Positions 29,136 through 39,000 of a stretch of 64,000 nt of DNA are shown one piece after another. This stretch comes from a bacterium (GTDB taxonomy: Bacteria > Armatimonadota > UBA5829): NCBI GenBank assembly GCA_021371935.1, contig JAJFVF010000022.1, forward strand, positions 220,419-284,418. The letters run 5' to 3'. The notes under the pieces are model-generated. The model saw nothing but the letters and a program-made list of their open reading frames with translations, was not told where the DNA came from and did not search any database. The position numbers were made by a program, and so were the translations under genes. The first letter of the stretch is position 1, and each line of letters opens with the position of its first letter.

Positions 29136-30301
29136 TGTTTCGTCTCCTTTTCTTCAGGCTCGCCCTCCAGAATAAACCGGCGTATGTCTTTCAGGCTTTT
29201 TCCCGCCAGACCGAGGCTCTCGGCGTTCCTGCCTTTTGCCCTGTAGTCCGTCTCATGCAAAATCGAGCCGAGCAGGATGATCGAGTCTATAACCGGTGTC
29301 GGCACGCCTACCATCTCTCCCAGAGACGCTATAGGCACAAGGCTCATCGGGATATCCTCGCTTATATAACGATGATATACACTCTTGGGAGCCTTGATGC
29401 CATCATAACCTCTGTTGGCCCGCATCGCCTCATGCAAAGTGCGCCCTGCGGCGTCATAGGCAATATAGAGCCACTCGCGCGCGGACATTGCCCTGAAACC
29501 GAGAGCCTCGGCTACGGCAACACGCTCCTTATCCATCTTTTCGAGAATCTGAGATACAGCGGGAGTGATGCCTTCCGTATAATAATCGAAATCGCCGTTT
29601 GTGCTTTCGATGCGAGCGGCGTTGAGGACAGTGACCGCCGGGTGGAATATCGCGCCGATATTGTCGAGGCTGGTCTTCATCACATTATCGCCGGGCACAA
29701 ACTGAGGAAACGCGGTCCTAAGCTTGCCTACCACCTCGGGTGTGCTATGTGCAGGCAGAGCTGCTACGGGGATGCTGTTCTTGACGCGGAATATCTTGGT
29801 CTGCGCCGGATTCATCGACCGGCTGGCGTATATGAATGTCTGCGCCTCGGCTACGACCACATCAGCGCAGCACCCACAGTCACGTATGACTTTGGACACC
29901 TCCAATGCACCGCCCGTCCTGCCGGGATTGAGCACTATCATCTGGCCGTCGACAAGGTGAGGAGCGATCTGTTCGGCAATTGGCCTGTGCGCGGTTGCAG
30001 GGACCACGACCATTAGAATATCGCGTCCGGCGATGGCCTCGGATGGGATGGAGGTAACAATTTTGAGAGCAGCGAAGCCGTGAGGAATTGTGTCCTGGCA
30101 GCCGGATATGATCTCTATCCCACCTGCAGACTGGATCGAACGGAGCCTTTCCGGACTGCGGTTATATAGTGAGACATCAAAGCCCATCAGAGAAAGCTGC
30201 CCTGCCACGGCTGTTCCACCATGGCCTGCTCCGAGGACTGCGAAACTGGGCGCACTCCTGTTTTCCATTATATGTCCTCCATTTATGTACAAGACACCCA
30301 A
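29120..30301 (-). CDS. Opine (octopine/nopaline-type) dehydrogenase-family NAD(P)H oxidoreductase
   Basis: FAVLGAGHGGTAVAGQL, IVLNPGRTGGALE, LNAARIES…DYYTEGITP, VPTPVIDSI, GRNAESLGLAG track bacterial opine dehydrogenases. A 16-nt overlap with the upstream gene implies an operon. Confidence 0.7.
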   Translation of the reverse strand: MGVLYINGGHIMENRSAPSFAVLGAGHGGTAVAGQLSLMGFDVSLYNRSPERLRSIQSAGGIEIISGCQDTIPHGFAALKIVTSIPSEAIAGRDILMVVVPATAHRPIAEQIAPHLVDGQMIVLNPGRTGGALEVSKVIRDCGCCADVVVAEAQTFIYASRSMNPAQTKIFRVKNSIPVAALPAHSTPEVVGKLRTAFPQFVPGDNVMKTSLDNIGAIFHPAVTVLNAARIESTNGDFDYYTEGITPAVSQILEKMDKERVAVAEALGFRAMSAREWLYIAYDAAGRTLHEAMRANRGYDGIKAPKSVYHRYISEDIPMSLVPIASLGEMVGVPTPVIDSIILLGSILHETDYRAKGRNAESLGLAGKSLKDIRRFILEGEPEEKETKQCAEL

Positions 30302-30627
30302 CGGCAGCGAAACAGGAATGCTCTCTGCTTATCTTCCTGCCGCGCCTGCGAGGTTAGCTGTCGGGCTGGGGTCGGAAGCATGACCCCTCTCCATAACGAA
30401 GATTAGCCCCGTAAATCGGTTCCCCCGTTTTCGCACGATTGCGAAATTCGGCGTCCAAATTATAGACATGTATATGCTTAGTATTCTAGACGCTCTTCAT
30501 CGAGTTTTAGTTCCAATTTTCTGCGTATATCAAAATCAAAATCGAGCTTGTTCGCAATATAAAAACCTGGTATAATTACCAGGTTGGGGAAAGAATATCC
30601 CCTCTCCTTTCTATCTCCTTTAAACTT

Positions 30628-30656
30628 GGGGGCTATGAGTGCCCCCTCTTTTTTTC
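30628..30656 (+). terminator. Strong orphan rho-independent terminator on plus strand with no upstream plus-strand CDS
   Basis: GGGGGC-TATGAGT-GCCCCC followed by TCTTTTTTT. Confidence 0.55.
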
Positions 30657-30685
30657 TTGACAATAATGCCGCGCTGTGAGATATT
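30657..30685 (+). promoter_or_regulatory. Putative sigma-70 promoter for the PPIase gene
   Basis: TTGACA – 17 bp – GATATT, about 40 nt upstream of the start. Confidence 0.4.
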
Positions 30686-30721
30686 TTCCTGCAGGACAAA
30701 CCATTTCCAGAGGTGCTAAAT

Positions 30722-31279
30722 ATGCAATTCTACACAATATCAGCAATCGCTCTGGCGGCTCTTATTTCAGCTAACGCCACATTTGCTGCCGAAGCCGTAA
30801 AAGATGAAAAACCAGAAACCGGGCGCTGGGCAGTCATCGAGACGAACAAGGGCACGATCAAGTTTGCGCTTTATGAGAAAGATGCGCCAATCACCACGAA
30901 AAACTTTATCGAGCTGGCAAACTCAAAGTTTTATGACGGGCTGACGTTTCATCGCGTCGTCCCGGGGTTTGTGATACAGGGCGGCGATCCGAATGGTGAC
31001 GGCACCGGCGGTTCACCAAACAAGATCAAACTTGAAGTCTCACCCAAACTCAAGCACGATGCAGCCGGTGTGGTGGCTATGGCGCGCGCATCCGACCCGA
31101 ACTCCGCCAGCTGCCAGTTCTATATCACACTTGCCGCAGTCCCTTATCTGGATATGAACTACGCGGTCTTTGGCCGAGTGGTAGAGGGACTGGATGTTGT
31201 GAAAAAGATACAGATCGGGGATGTGATGAAAACCGTGCGAATTGTCGATCCGCCGAAACCGAAAGAAGATAAGAAATAG
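30722..31279 (+). CDS. Secreted cyclophilin-type peptidyl-prolyl cis-trans isomerase
   Basis: Signal peptide, [22 protein letters not shown] motifs. ATG chosen after AGAGGTG; the ORF track starts at a GTG at 30713. Confidence 0.9.
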   Translation: MQFYTISAIALAALISANATFAAEAVKDEKPETGRWAVIETNKGTIKFALYEKDAPITTKNFIELANSKFYDGLTFHRVVPGFVIQGGDPNGDGTGGSPNKIKLEVSPKLKHDAAGVVAMARASDPNSASCQFYITLAAVPYLDMNYAVFGRVVEGLDVVKKIQIGDVMKTVRIVDPPKPKEDKK

Positions 31280-31286
31280 CCTGCTT

Positions 31287-31321
31287 ATATTGCCTCCGAG
31301 CGTATTGTTCGGAGGCAATAT
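31287..31321. terminator. 13-bp perfect inverted repeat between convergent genes (terminator-like hairpin)
   Basis: ATATTGCCTCCGA-N9-TCGGAGGCAATAT lying exactly between the two stop codons. Confidence 0.4.
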
Positions 31322-32638
31322 TCAACGACGTAGCTCCCATGAGTAATCGCCGAGTTTAGGTGACTTTTTATTGCTGCCGACAGGTTTTCCACCATCATCT
31401 TTCAGGTCCTCTCCAATGCTGTAGAGCAAGAACCCACTGCCATTCGGCCTATAGACGAAGTCATTTCCACTAAAAATATCTTTTGGTAACACAACCCTTA
31501 GCTTTTGGCGCAATTCATTCAGTGAAAGCGGGTACCTGCCGTATTTACGCCTGAATGACTCCAGCATCAAAATAATCTTTGCCCCATCTATAGAAACTAT
31601 ACCAGTGTCCCTGACAATTCGGATGCGCACATATAGTGGTATCATAATGGAAGTAGTTATTGCGTATCTGGGCAAATGCTGCGTAAGCAATCCTTTTTGC
31701 TTCGCTTGCCTGTAAGATAACCCTGCGTTTTTTATCTCCTTATTCATCAAGTCAAGGTAACACTTCTCATCCAGACTAAAAATGATACGCATGACTTGAC
31801 TGGGCTTTTTTGACTTGATATCCGTGTTGTGATCTGCACCCACACTCAACCTACTTAGATCATAAAACTTATTGATTCCAACAGCTCTTTCGGTTATTAG
31901 AGCATGAGTGTATCCGGTATTCAAATCGTTGCTTGAAAGCAGTTTCATTAAGCGCTGTGTCTGTGCCTCGGAAAAACTGCCATAATCAAGAGCTGAATAA
32001 ATAGCCCCTGTCCCCATTTTGATGAGGGCAATTCTGGCCAGGAATGGGATTAAAGCCGGCTCGTTTGAAAAACTTGCAGCCATTTTTAAAGATGACTCTA
32101 TATTGCATCCGGCTTTGTCCATCGAACCTTCTCGTGCGCTCAATATCGCTCTCGCAGTCGTCAGAGTAGCAAGATTGCGCATCCCCTGGCACATTGATGT
32201 ATCGGGAAATAAGCCCTCTTTCCATCCAAGAGGAAAACGGCAGTAGTCAATTTTGTCTGCCTGGCTTATCAGATCAAAGACTTCCTCATATTTATCGACA
32301 ATAGGCTTCGACTCAGCCCAGGGTCTGGTGTCGCGTGTCCCATTCATAGGCTTGATAAGTTGACGCAGTGTGGCAAAGTCTTGACTTTTGTAGTGCTGTG
32401 AAATCAACTTAAATGCTTTTATATAAACATCAGCCGCGTTTTGGCAGCCGGGCAGTCGATTAACTTCCATATCTGCTCTACACACAGGCTCGCCTGAGGC
32501 TTTGATATTTGCAATTTCATTGCGAACCCTGCTGCCTGTTGTAAGGAATGGCCAAGTAAAATATGCAGCAATTCCTATGCACACTATAACTACAGACAAC
32601 CCCAATAAAATTGTTATCCTTGCCGTATATCGAGACAT
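31322..32638 (-). CDS. N-terminally membrane-anchored protein of unknown function with GspG/pseudopilin-like C-terminal motif
   Basis: One N-terminal TM helix. The C-terminus FSGNDFVYRPNGSGFLLYSIGEDLKDDGG resembles the conserved C-terminal strand region of type II secretion major pseudopilins. There is no class-III signal peptide. Confidence 0.35.
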   Translation of the reverse strand: MSRYTARITILLGLSVVIVCIGIAAYFTWPFLTTGSRVRNEIANIKASGEPVCRADMEVNRLPGCQNAADVYIKAFKLISQHYKSQDFATLRQLIKPMNGTRDTRPWAESKPIVDKYEEVFDLISQADKIDYCRFPLGWKEGLFPDTSMCQGMRNLATLTTARAILSAREGSMDKAGCNIESSLKMAASFSNEPALIPFLARIALIKMGTGAIYSALDYGSFSEAQTQRLMKLLSSNDLNTGYTHALITERAVGINKFYDLSRLSVGADHNTDIKSKKPSQVMRIIFSLDEKCYLDLMNKEIKNAGLSYRQAKQKGLLTQHLPRYAITTSIMIPLYVRIRIVRDTGIVSIDGAKIILMLESFRRKYGRYPLSLNELRQKLRVVLPKDIFSGNDFVYRPNGSGFLLYSIGEDLKDDGGKPVGSNKKSPKLGDYSWELRR

Positions 32639-32707
32639 AATATAAGTCCTCGTGTTTGTTTGTAAGGCATGTAAAATCGTTCTCGGTTGAAGGCAAATAT
32701 CCTGCTG

Positions 32708-33199
32708 TTAAATCGATCGCAGCTTTTCAGAATGAGCATGGCAGACCGCCAGAGCCAGAGCATCGGCTGCATCGTCCGGCTTGGGTATCTCGCGAAGACT
32801 CAGGATTCTTTGGATCATGAACTGAATCTGCTTCTTTTCGGCGCCGCCATAGCCGACCACCGCCTGCTTGACCTCCATCGGGGTATATTCAACCACGGTC
32901 AGCCCTCGCTGGGCGGCAGCAAACTGCATCACACCGCACGCCTTGCCGACTGCAATCGCCGTAGTCTGGTTCTTGGCGAAAAACAGTCTCTCCATCACGA
33001 TTACATCGGGTTGATATTGGTCGATGATCTTGTTGAGTTCGTTATAGATATCCAAAAGACGCTCGGGGGCGGATTTCTTTGGGCTGGTCTCTATTGCGCC
33101 GTAGTCGACCATCTTCGGACTCACACCTATTTTGTCCACTACGCCATATCCCGTCGTGGCTGTTCCGGGGTCTATTCCTAATATTCGCAAGGTCTGCAT
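32708..33199 (-). CDS. ruvC: Crossover junction endodeoxyribonuclease RuvC
   Basis: ILGIDPGTATTGYGV, DVIVMERLF, DDAADALALAVCHA catalytic-residue pattern. Confidence 0.9.
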   Translation of the reverse strand: MQTLRILGIDPGTATTGYGVVDKIGVSPKMVDYGAIETSPKKSAPERLLDIYNELNKIIDQYQPDVIVMERLFFAKNQTTAIAVGKACGVMQFAAAQRGLTVVEYTPMEVKQAVVGYGGAEKKQIQFMIQRILSLREIPKPDDAADALALAVCHAHSEKLRSI

Positions 33200-33236
33200 G
33201 AGTGCATTCTACAGGCGAATTTGTTCCCGGTCAACT

Positions 33237-33310
33237 AACCCGGATTATGCGCTTTCCGCATAATCCGGGTCTCCGAGAGCATTATTCATGTTTCTCGTGA
33301 ATAATGCGGG
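33237..33310 (+). repeat. Double-hairpin intergenic repeat element, copy 3 (in ruvC 5' region)
   Basis: AACCCGGATTATGCGCTTTCCGCATAATCCGGGTCTCCGAGAGCATTATTCATGTTTCTCGTGAATAATGCGGG; the first stem is 14 bp and perfect. Confidence 0.8.
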
Positions 33311-33504
33311 CTAAATCTATAATAAATCGACGCCGAGCAGCCATAATACTAATGAACTACACAAAGATACGTCCAAAGTCCCATTTACACCTGGTAAAAA
33401 ACTGGGGATAATCCTAGTGTAGTACGAACATAGCTCATACATAAGTTTTAAGCATTGAGCCTAAACTAAAGATTGAAAAAGTAAATATATCAGGAGATCG
33501 GACC

Positions 33505-33534
33505 CGGACCCATGTTTGGGTCCGTTTTCCTTTG
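33505..33534 (+). terminator. Putative intrinsic terminator upstream of ECF sigma gene
   Basis: CGGACCC-ATGTTT-GGGTCCG followed by TTTTCCTTTG. Confidence 0.35.
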
Positions 33535-33604
33535 TACACCTATTTTAGATGTCTTGCTAAAGTGGTAAACTTTTTCTAGTCACTCTACGTTAATATACCA
33601 GAGG

Positions 33605-34210
33605 ATGAGAGCAGCACAGATGCGACCGGCAAAAGCCGTCACCACACAGGACGGACAGTTGATAGGCAGCTTCAAACGGGGGCAGGCCGAGGCCTTTGAC
33701 CGTTTGATGGAGGCGCACACCGACAAGGTGTTTGCGCTGGCATGGTCGGTCCTGATGAATGCTGATGATGCCATGGATGCGGTCCAGGAGGTCTTCATTA
33801 AGCTGTATAAAGCACTGCCATCGATGTCCGAATCCGATAATTTGAACGCGTGGCTCTATCGGGTCTGCCTTAATCACTGCATCGACCGCAAACGCAGAGC
33901 TAAAAACTCGAGGACAGAATTTACTGACGATGACTGGGAGCATCTGCAAGGCAACTTGGCCGATGAGCCTGAATATCGTATGTATCAGAGTGAAGTGGGG
34001 CGGGTAATACGCGCCGCGGTGGACAAGCTGCCCGAGCGCCAGAGAATGGTATTCATTCTCAGGCACTACAGACTTCTTTCTATAAATGAGATCGCGCAGG
34101 CACTAGGATGCACCACCGGCGCGGTCAAGGCGCATCTTTCGCGCGCAACCGCTCGTTTGCGCGACCGGCTTGCAGGGACAATTGTCTTTGAAGCCGGGGA
34201 GGTGAAATAA
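33605..34210 (+). CDS. ECF-subfamily RNA polymerase sigma factor
   Basis: Sigma70_r2 (…VQEVFIKLYKA…WLYRVCLNHCIDRKR) and r4 (…LSINEIAQALGCTTGAVKAHLSRA). An alternative start lies at 33620. Confidence 0.85.
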   Translation: MRAAQMRPAKAVTTQDGQLIGSFKRGQAEAFDRLMEAHTDKVFALAWSVLMNADDAMDAVQEVFIKLYKALPSMSESDNLNAWLYRVCLNHCIDRKRRAKNSRTEFTDDDWEHLQGNLADEPEYRMYQSEVGRVIRAAVDKLPERQRMVFILRHYRLLSINEIAQALGCTTGAVKAHLSRATARLRDRLAGTIVFEAGEVK

Positions 34211-34211
34211 A

Positions 34212-34931
34212 ATGAATTGCAGACAGGTCCGTAAACTTATGGGAGCATATCTGTATGGAGACCTGGAACCGGAAGATATGCGCGATATCAGGCTGCATGC
34301 GCAGGTATGTGATAAATGCCGTGCCGACCTGGAAAGCCGCGGGCAGGTCATCTCATCGCTGAGCGCTCAAGCGCCGGTTCTGCAAGATCACGACAAGCAG
34401 CGGATCGCTCGGAATGTGAAAGAAGCAATAACCGGGTTGGATCACGAAGATATCAGACTGAACCGCACGAATGAGCCGGACACAGGCCTATGGTGGCTGC
34501 GACCGGCATCGGCTGTCGCTATAGCAGGTTTTCTGCTGGCAGGTTTTGCAATAGGCAGGCACATCGGCGGTGGGCTTTCTGCAGGCTCCAGGCAGTCAAC
34601 CGACATCAGCAAAGCAAGGGTAACAATCACCGAGGCAGCCCCAGACAACTCATCTGATAATGCAACAGAAGCCAGCACCGATACGCACCAAAGCAACTCA
34701 CGCTCGAAAAAGATAGAAAATATGGCCGATTATGCTCGAAGGATGGCAATACCCGCAGTCACCGGCCCGACAGACAGAAACAGCAATCAAGATAAGCGCA
34801 GGCACGTAATACATGAGGAGCCGCTGAGTGTGGCAGGACAATCGGACATAAAGGGAGAACAGGACAATAAAGACACGACAAAACTGCCAAAACCCACAGG
34901 TCTTAATGATGCGCAGACAGCCAATGAATAA
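34212..34931 (+). CDS. Anti-sigma factor with N-terminal zf-HC2-like motif and single TM helix
   Basis: HAQVCDKCRADL Cys/His cluster, TM segment AVAIAGFLLAGFAIG. Lies immediately after the ECF sigma with a 1-nt gap. Confidence 0.6.
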   Translation: MNCRQVRKLMGAYLYGDLEPEDMRDIRLHAQVCDKCRADLESRGQVISSLSAQAPVLQDHDKQRIARNVKEAITGLDHEDIRLNRTNEPDTGLWWLRPASAVAIAGFLLAGFAIGRHIGGGLSAGSRQSTDISKARVTITEAAPDNSSDNATEASTDTHQSNSRSKKIENMADYARRMAIPAVTGPTDRNSNQDKRRHVIHEEPLSVAGQSDIKGEQDNKDTTKLPKPTGLNDAQTANE

Positions 34932-35982
34932 TCACATTTACATAAGAGTATTCTTTATCGCTATAGTCGTCTTTATTTCAGCAGTAACAATATCAGGTGC
35001 ATTCGCGCAGACACGCGCATCAGTTACGGTGAGCGCCGTGACCGAGGATAGCTACTCGCCGGTCGTTTTGATTATAGACGGCAAGCTGGTGGAAGTGGAA
35101 TCGCTCCAATTTATGCGCGGCCAGCAGGTGATGATCTGGCTGCGCGATCTGGAAAACCTCGGCTGGGGCAAAGCATATTCAGACAAGTCCGGCGAGATCA
35201 TATTCAAGGGTAACGGAGTCACTCTCTCATTTACCAAGAATGGCGGGCTGGCCAAAGTCAACTCGCTGTCTGTAAAGCTGCCGGTCGATACATACACCCG
35301 AGACGGAAAACTGATGGTCCCACTCTCGTTTACGGCAAAAGCGCTCGGATATGACTGTGAGATTGCCTACAAACCGGTGGCTGCCATAAAAACGTATTCC
35401 CGCCCCGCAACCACGCCGGAGTCTAATTCACTGGAAGGCAGAGTCATATATGCGGGCAAAGGCGCGGCGGGAATCAAAGTGCGGGCAGTTGATAGGGATT
35501 TTAATGTCGTAGGCGACACCGTCACCGATGCGAACGGCACCTACAGGTTCGACAACCTCCCTGCAGGTGAATACGCGGCGTTCGTCTATACCAAAGACAA
35601 CCCCACCTATTTCAATCGTGTCTCAGAAGCAGCGGTCCTCAACAAAGGGGACGAAGCTCACCTCAAACCCATATCACTTGGACGTATTCTCGCGCCAAAA
35701 TCCCCAAAACCAGGTGGAATGGCAAAAAACTCAAGCGGCAATGTGCTGCTGGAGTGGACCAAGTGCGAAGCAGCAGTATCATACGAACTGACAATTGCAA
35801 GAAAAAACAGTGAGCCGAGCCTGGCATTCACTTCAAAAGAACCGAAAGCACGTATACCCGCCAATAAATTGAAGCATGGCGAAATGTATGAAGCACAGGT
35901 ATCCGCGCTCGATGCCAATGGAGACTATGTCGGCGGCACGGTGGGCGCAGGCGGCGAGCCATGGTCGTTTGTATTTGAGTAA
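34906..35982 (+). CDS. Secreted protein with copper-amine-oxidase-N-terminal-like and carboxypeptidase-regulatory-like (CarbopepD_reg) domains
   Basis: Signal peptide; GRVIYAGKGAAGIKVRAV…TDANGTYRFDNLPAGEY. Overlaps the anti-sigma stop, making it the third gene of the ECF module. Confidence 0.4.
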   Translation: MMRRQPMNNHIYIRVFFIAIVVFISAVTISGAFAQTRASVTVSAVTEDSYSPVVLIIDGKLVEVESLQFMRGQQVMIWLRDLENLGWGKAYSDKSGEIIFKGNGVTLSFTKNGGLAKVNSLSVKLPVDTYTRDGKLMVPLSFTAKALGYDCEIAYKPVAAIKTYSRPATTPESNSLEGRVIYAGKGAAGIKVRAVDRDFNVVGDTVTDANGTYRFDNLPAGEYAAFVYTKDNPTYFNRVSEAAVLNKGDEAHLKPISLGRILAPKSPKPGGMAKNSSGNVLLEWTKCEAAVSYELTIARKNSEPSLAFTSKEPKARIPANKLKHGEMYEAQVSALDANGDYVGGTVGAGGEPWSFVFE

Positions 35983-36019
35983 ATTCGCATTTTGACACGT
36001 TTTCTGCGATAATGTACGC

Positions 36020-39000
36020 ATGCTGGAATCTATTATTTCATCAATGATCCCTGTCGTCGGCGCAGACGGCAGTTCCCGCAGACCTCGGCGTTCCCGCCGG
36101 CAGCGGCCACCCCATGAAGATATGGGCAACTGGATATGGATACAAAGCGCCGAGACCACTCGTAATTATTATCTCTACGCGCGCAAAACATTCGACCTAC
36201 CCGCAAAGCCCAGCCGAGCAATCATCAAAACATCTGCAGACAGCCGTTATAAGCTCTATGTGAACGGCGAATACGTCGGCAAGGGACCCGTGCGAAGCGC
36301 AGCGGGCATCAGTTATTACGACACGTATGATATCACAGGAGTGCTTTCCAAAGGCAAAAATGTCATCGCGTTCCATGTCATGCATTTCGGTGAGAACACG
36401 TCAATGTGCGCGCTTCGCAGACCAGGCCTGATCTGTAAAGCGGAAATAGAGCTAAATGACCAAAAGCTGGAAATAGAAACCGATCAGGCATGGAAAGTGC
36501 ATCGCGCATCCGATTGGACCGGCCAGAGCGCTCGCATCAATAACAACCTCGGTTTCCAGGAAGTCTATGACAGCGCGGAGCGTATGGACGGTTGGAATGA
36601 GATCAAGTTTAAAGAAAAAGGCTGGGAAGAGGCCTGCATAGTGGGCACAGCGCCTGCAATGCCATGGGGCAAACTCATTGAGCGCGCTATTCCACAGCTC
36701 GATGAAGAGAAAATCCTGCCCGCTTCAATAGTCGGATTATATAACTCGCCTGAGCACAGTAAGGAGACCGCTGCGCAGACGGTGCCTGAGATCATGGCGG
36801 CATCCGAGCTTGTCGATCTCAACGCCGGCAGCGTCAAGCATGCTGAAGCACTGCTGACAGAGACCGGAAGCTGCCAGGTCAAGACTCCCCGCGGCGATGG
36901 AGGAGTCGTGATTATACTCGATTTCGGTCGAGAAGTGTTCGGCAATGTAGAGATAGGCATCGGCGGCTCGGGCAGCGGAACTATGGATATCGGCTATAGT
37001 GAACTGCTCGAAGACGGCCATGTGAAACCCACTCGCGGCGATATGAAATACACCGACCGCGTGGTCCTCAAAAAGGGAAAACTTAACTGGCAGAGCTTCG
37101 AGCCGCGCGCATTCAGGTATATGCAGATCGAGTTTCATGCGTGCTCCAAGGCGGTCGCGCTGGAACATATCAGAGTCAACCAGACCACCTACCCCACCGA
37201 GCTTATCGGCAGTTTCGAGTGCAGTGACCCGCTCCTAAACGACATCTGGAAGACCTGCGCATACACTGCAAAACTGTGCATGGAAGACACGTTCATCGAC
37301 TCGCCATGGCAGAGCAGATCGCAGTGGTGGGCGGACGCCAGAATCGAATCGCGAACGGCATATTATGCATTCGACGACGTCAAGCTGCTGGCTCAGGGTC
37401 TCAGGCAGATTGCCGATACTCAGGATCGCAGCGGCGCGGTCATGGGCACATATCCCGCATCGGAGGATAAACTGGTCCCGGACTTTGCGCTTAATTGGGT
37501 CTTTTCGATCCTTGATTACTATGCATTCTCGGATGATTCGGGTTTGGTGCGCGATCTGTATCCCAACGTGCGCAGGCTGATGAGTTGGTTCGATCGATAT
37601 CAGAACGATTTTGGACTAATCGGCGAAGTGCCCGGATGGATATTCATCGACTCGGCTGATCTGGAACGGCATGGTGTGCTGACATCCCTCAACTGCCTGT
37701 ACTATCAAGCTCTGAGGGTGACGGCTGCCCTTGCATCAATTTTGGGAAAAGGCAATGAAGCGGATGACTATAACGAGTCCGCCCGAGTGCTCAGACTTGC
37801 GATCAACAAATATCTCTACTCGCCCGAGAAAGGGCTGTATGCGGACTGCCTGAAAGACGGCAAACTGGCGGACAAATTCAGCGCTCAGACAAACATACTC
37901 GCCGCGCTCTTCGATATCCCCGACCATTATTGCAAGGCCGCTATCATACGCACTCTGCAGGGCAACATGCTCTCTGAAACCAGGACACCGTATTTCACAT
38001 CGCACTTGCTCGAAGTGCTATACTCGATGGATCGCCATAAAGAGGCTCTCGATATGATGCGCCGGAAGTGGGGAAGGAGCGTAGAGCAAGGCGGTGGAAC
38101 GTTCCCTGAGTTCTTCGGTGATAACGGCAGCAAGTGTCATGGCTGGGCATCGGGTCCAGCGCGCGATCTCATCGCCGAATATGTCGGGATAAAGCCCATA
38201 CTGGGCATGCATCGATTTTCTGTCACCCCGCATGAAGGCGACCTTGAATGGGCAAAAGGGTCCATTGCAACCCGGACCGGGCTGTTGACCATCGAATGGC
38301 GTTCCACACCCAGGTCGTTCACTATAGAAGCGCGGGTTCCAGACGGTCTGAAAGTTGACATATACCCACCCTGCCCTATGAACACAAAGATAACGCTCGA
38401 CGGCAAGGCGCATCCGTCATGCCTGGTTACCATTGGCGGCGGCAATCACACCATAAAAGTGACATCGGCCAGGCTTCCAAAGCCAAAACCGCTGGGCAAA
38501 CTGCCGAAACCTGTCCCGATACCGATCGTGGAACTGCTCGATGATCTGTCGGTGCAAGATCGCAAAAATCTCGGATTGATAACCAGCCGCCATGAAAGAA
38601 ACGGCTCCAGGCGGTCACGCCTGAAGACTTCCCGCAAGTCGAAAATCGAAGAGGCGCCAATCGAAATACTCCCTACTCCTGAACTGGAAACACTGGTCGA
38701 AGAGACGGAGATGATACCGGAAATCGCCGCATCGGCAACTGAAACCGCTCCCGAGGCCGAGACAAAGCCCCAGAAGAGACGGTCCCGCCGTGGTGGACGC
38801 GGCAGGAACAAGCCTGCACCGCAAGAGACGGCCGTCGCTCAAGTGCCTGAGGAAAAAGTCGAAGTTGAAGCTGTAATCAGCAATGAGCCGCTTGAAACGG
38901 CAGATGAGCCGAAAAAGACGAGCAGGAAGCGTTCACATCGCGGAGGCAGACGAAGGTCTTCCAAGTCATCACAAGAGGCACAAACGCCTGCTGATGTGCC

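Noticed and set aside
30478-30699. 73-aa minus-strand ORF spanning the hairpin-rich intergenic region
   Set aside because: It starts at a non-ATG codon, runs through palindromes and the terminator stem, and its K/R/D/E repeat composition is dictated by the hairpins. More likely non-coding.
36020-36121. Arg-rich N-terminal 34 aa (SSRRPRRSRRQRPP) of the GH78-like ORF
   Set aside because: No SD for the 36020 ATG, and the conserved rhamnosidase N-domain begins just after Met-35. It may be untranslated leader, so it is not treated as a separate feature.
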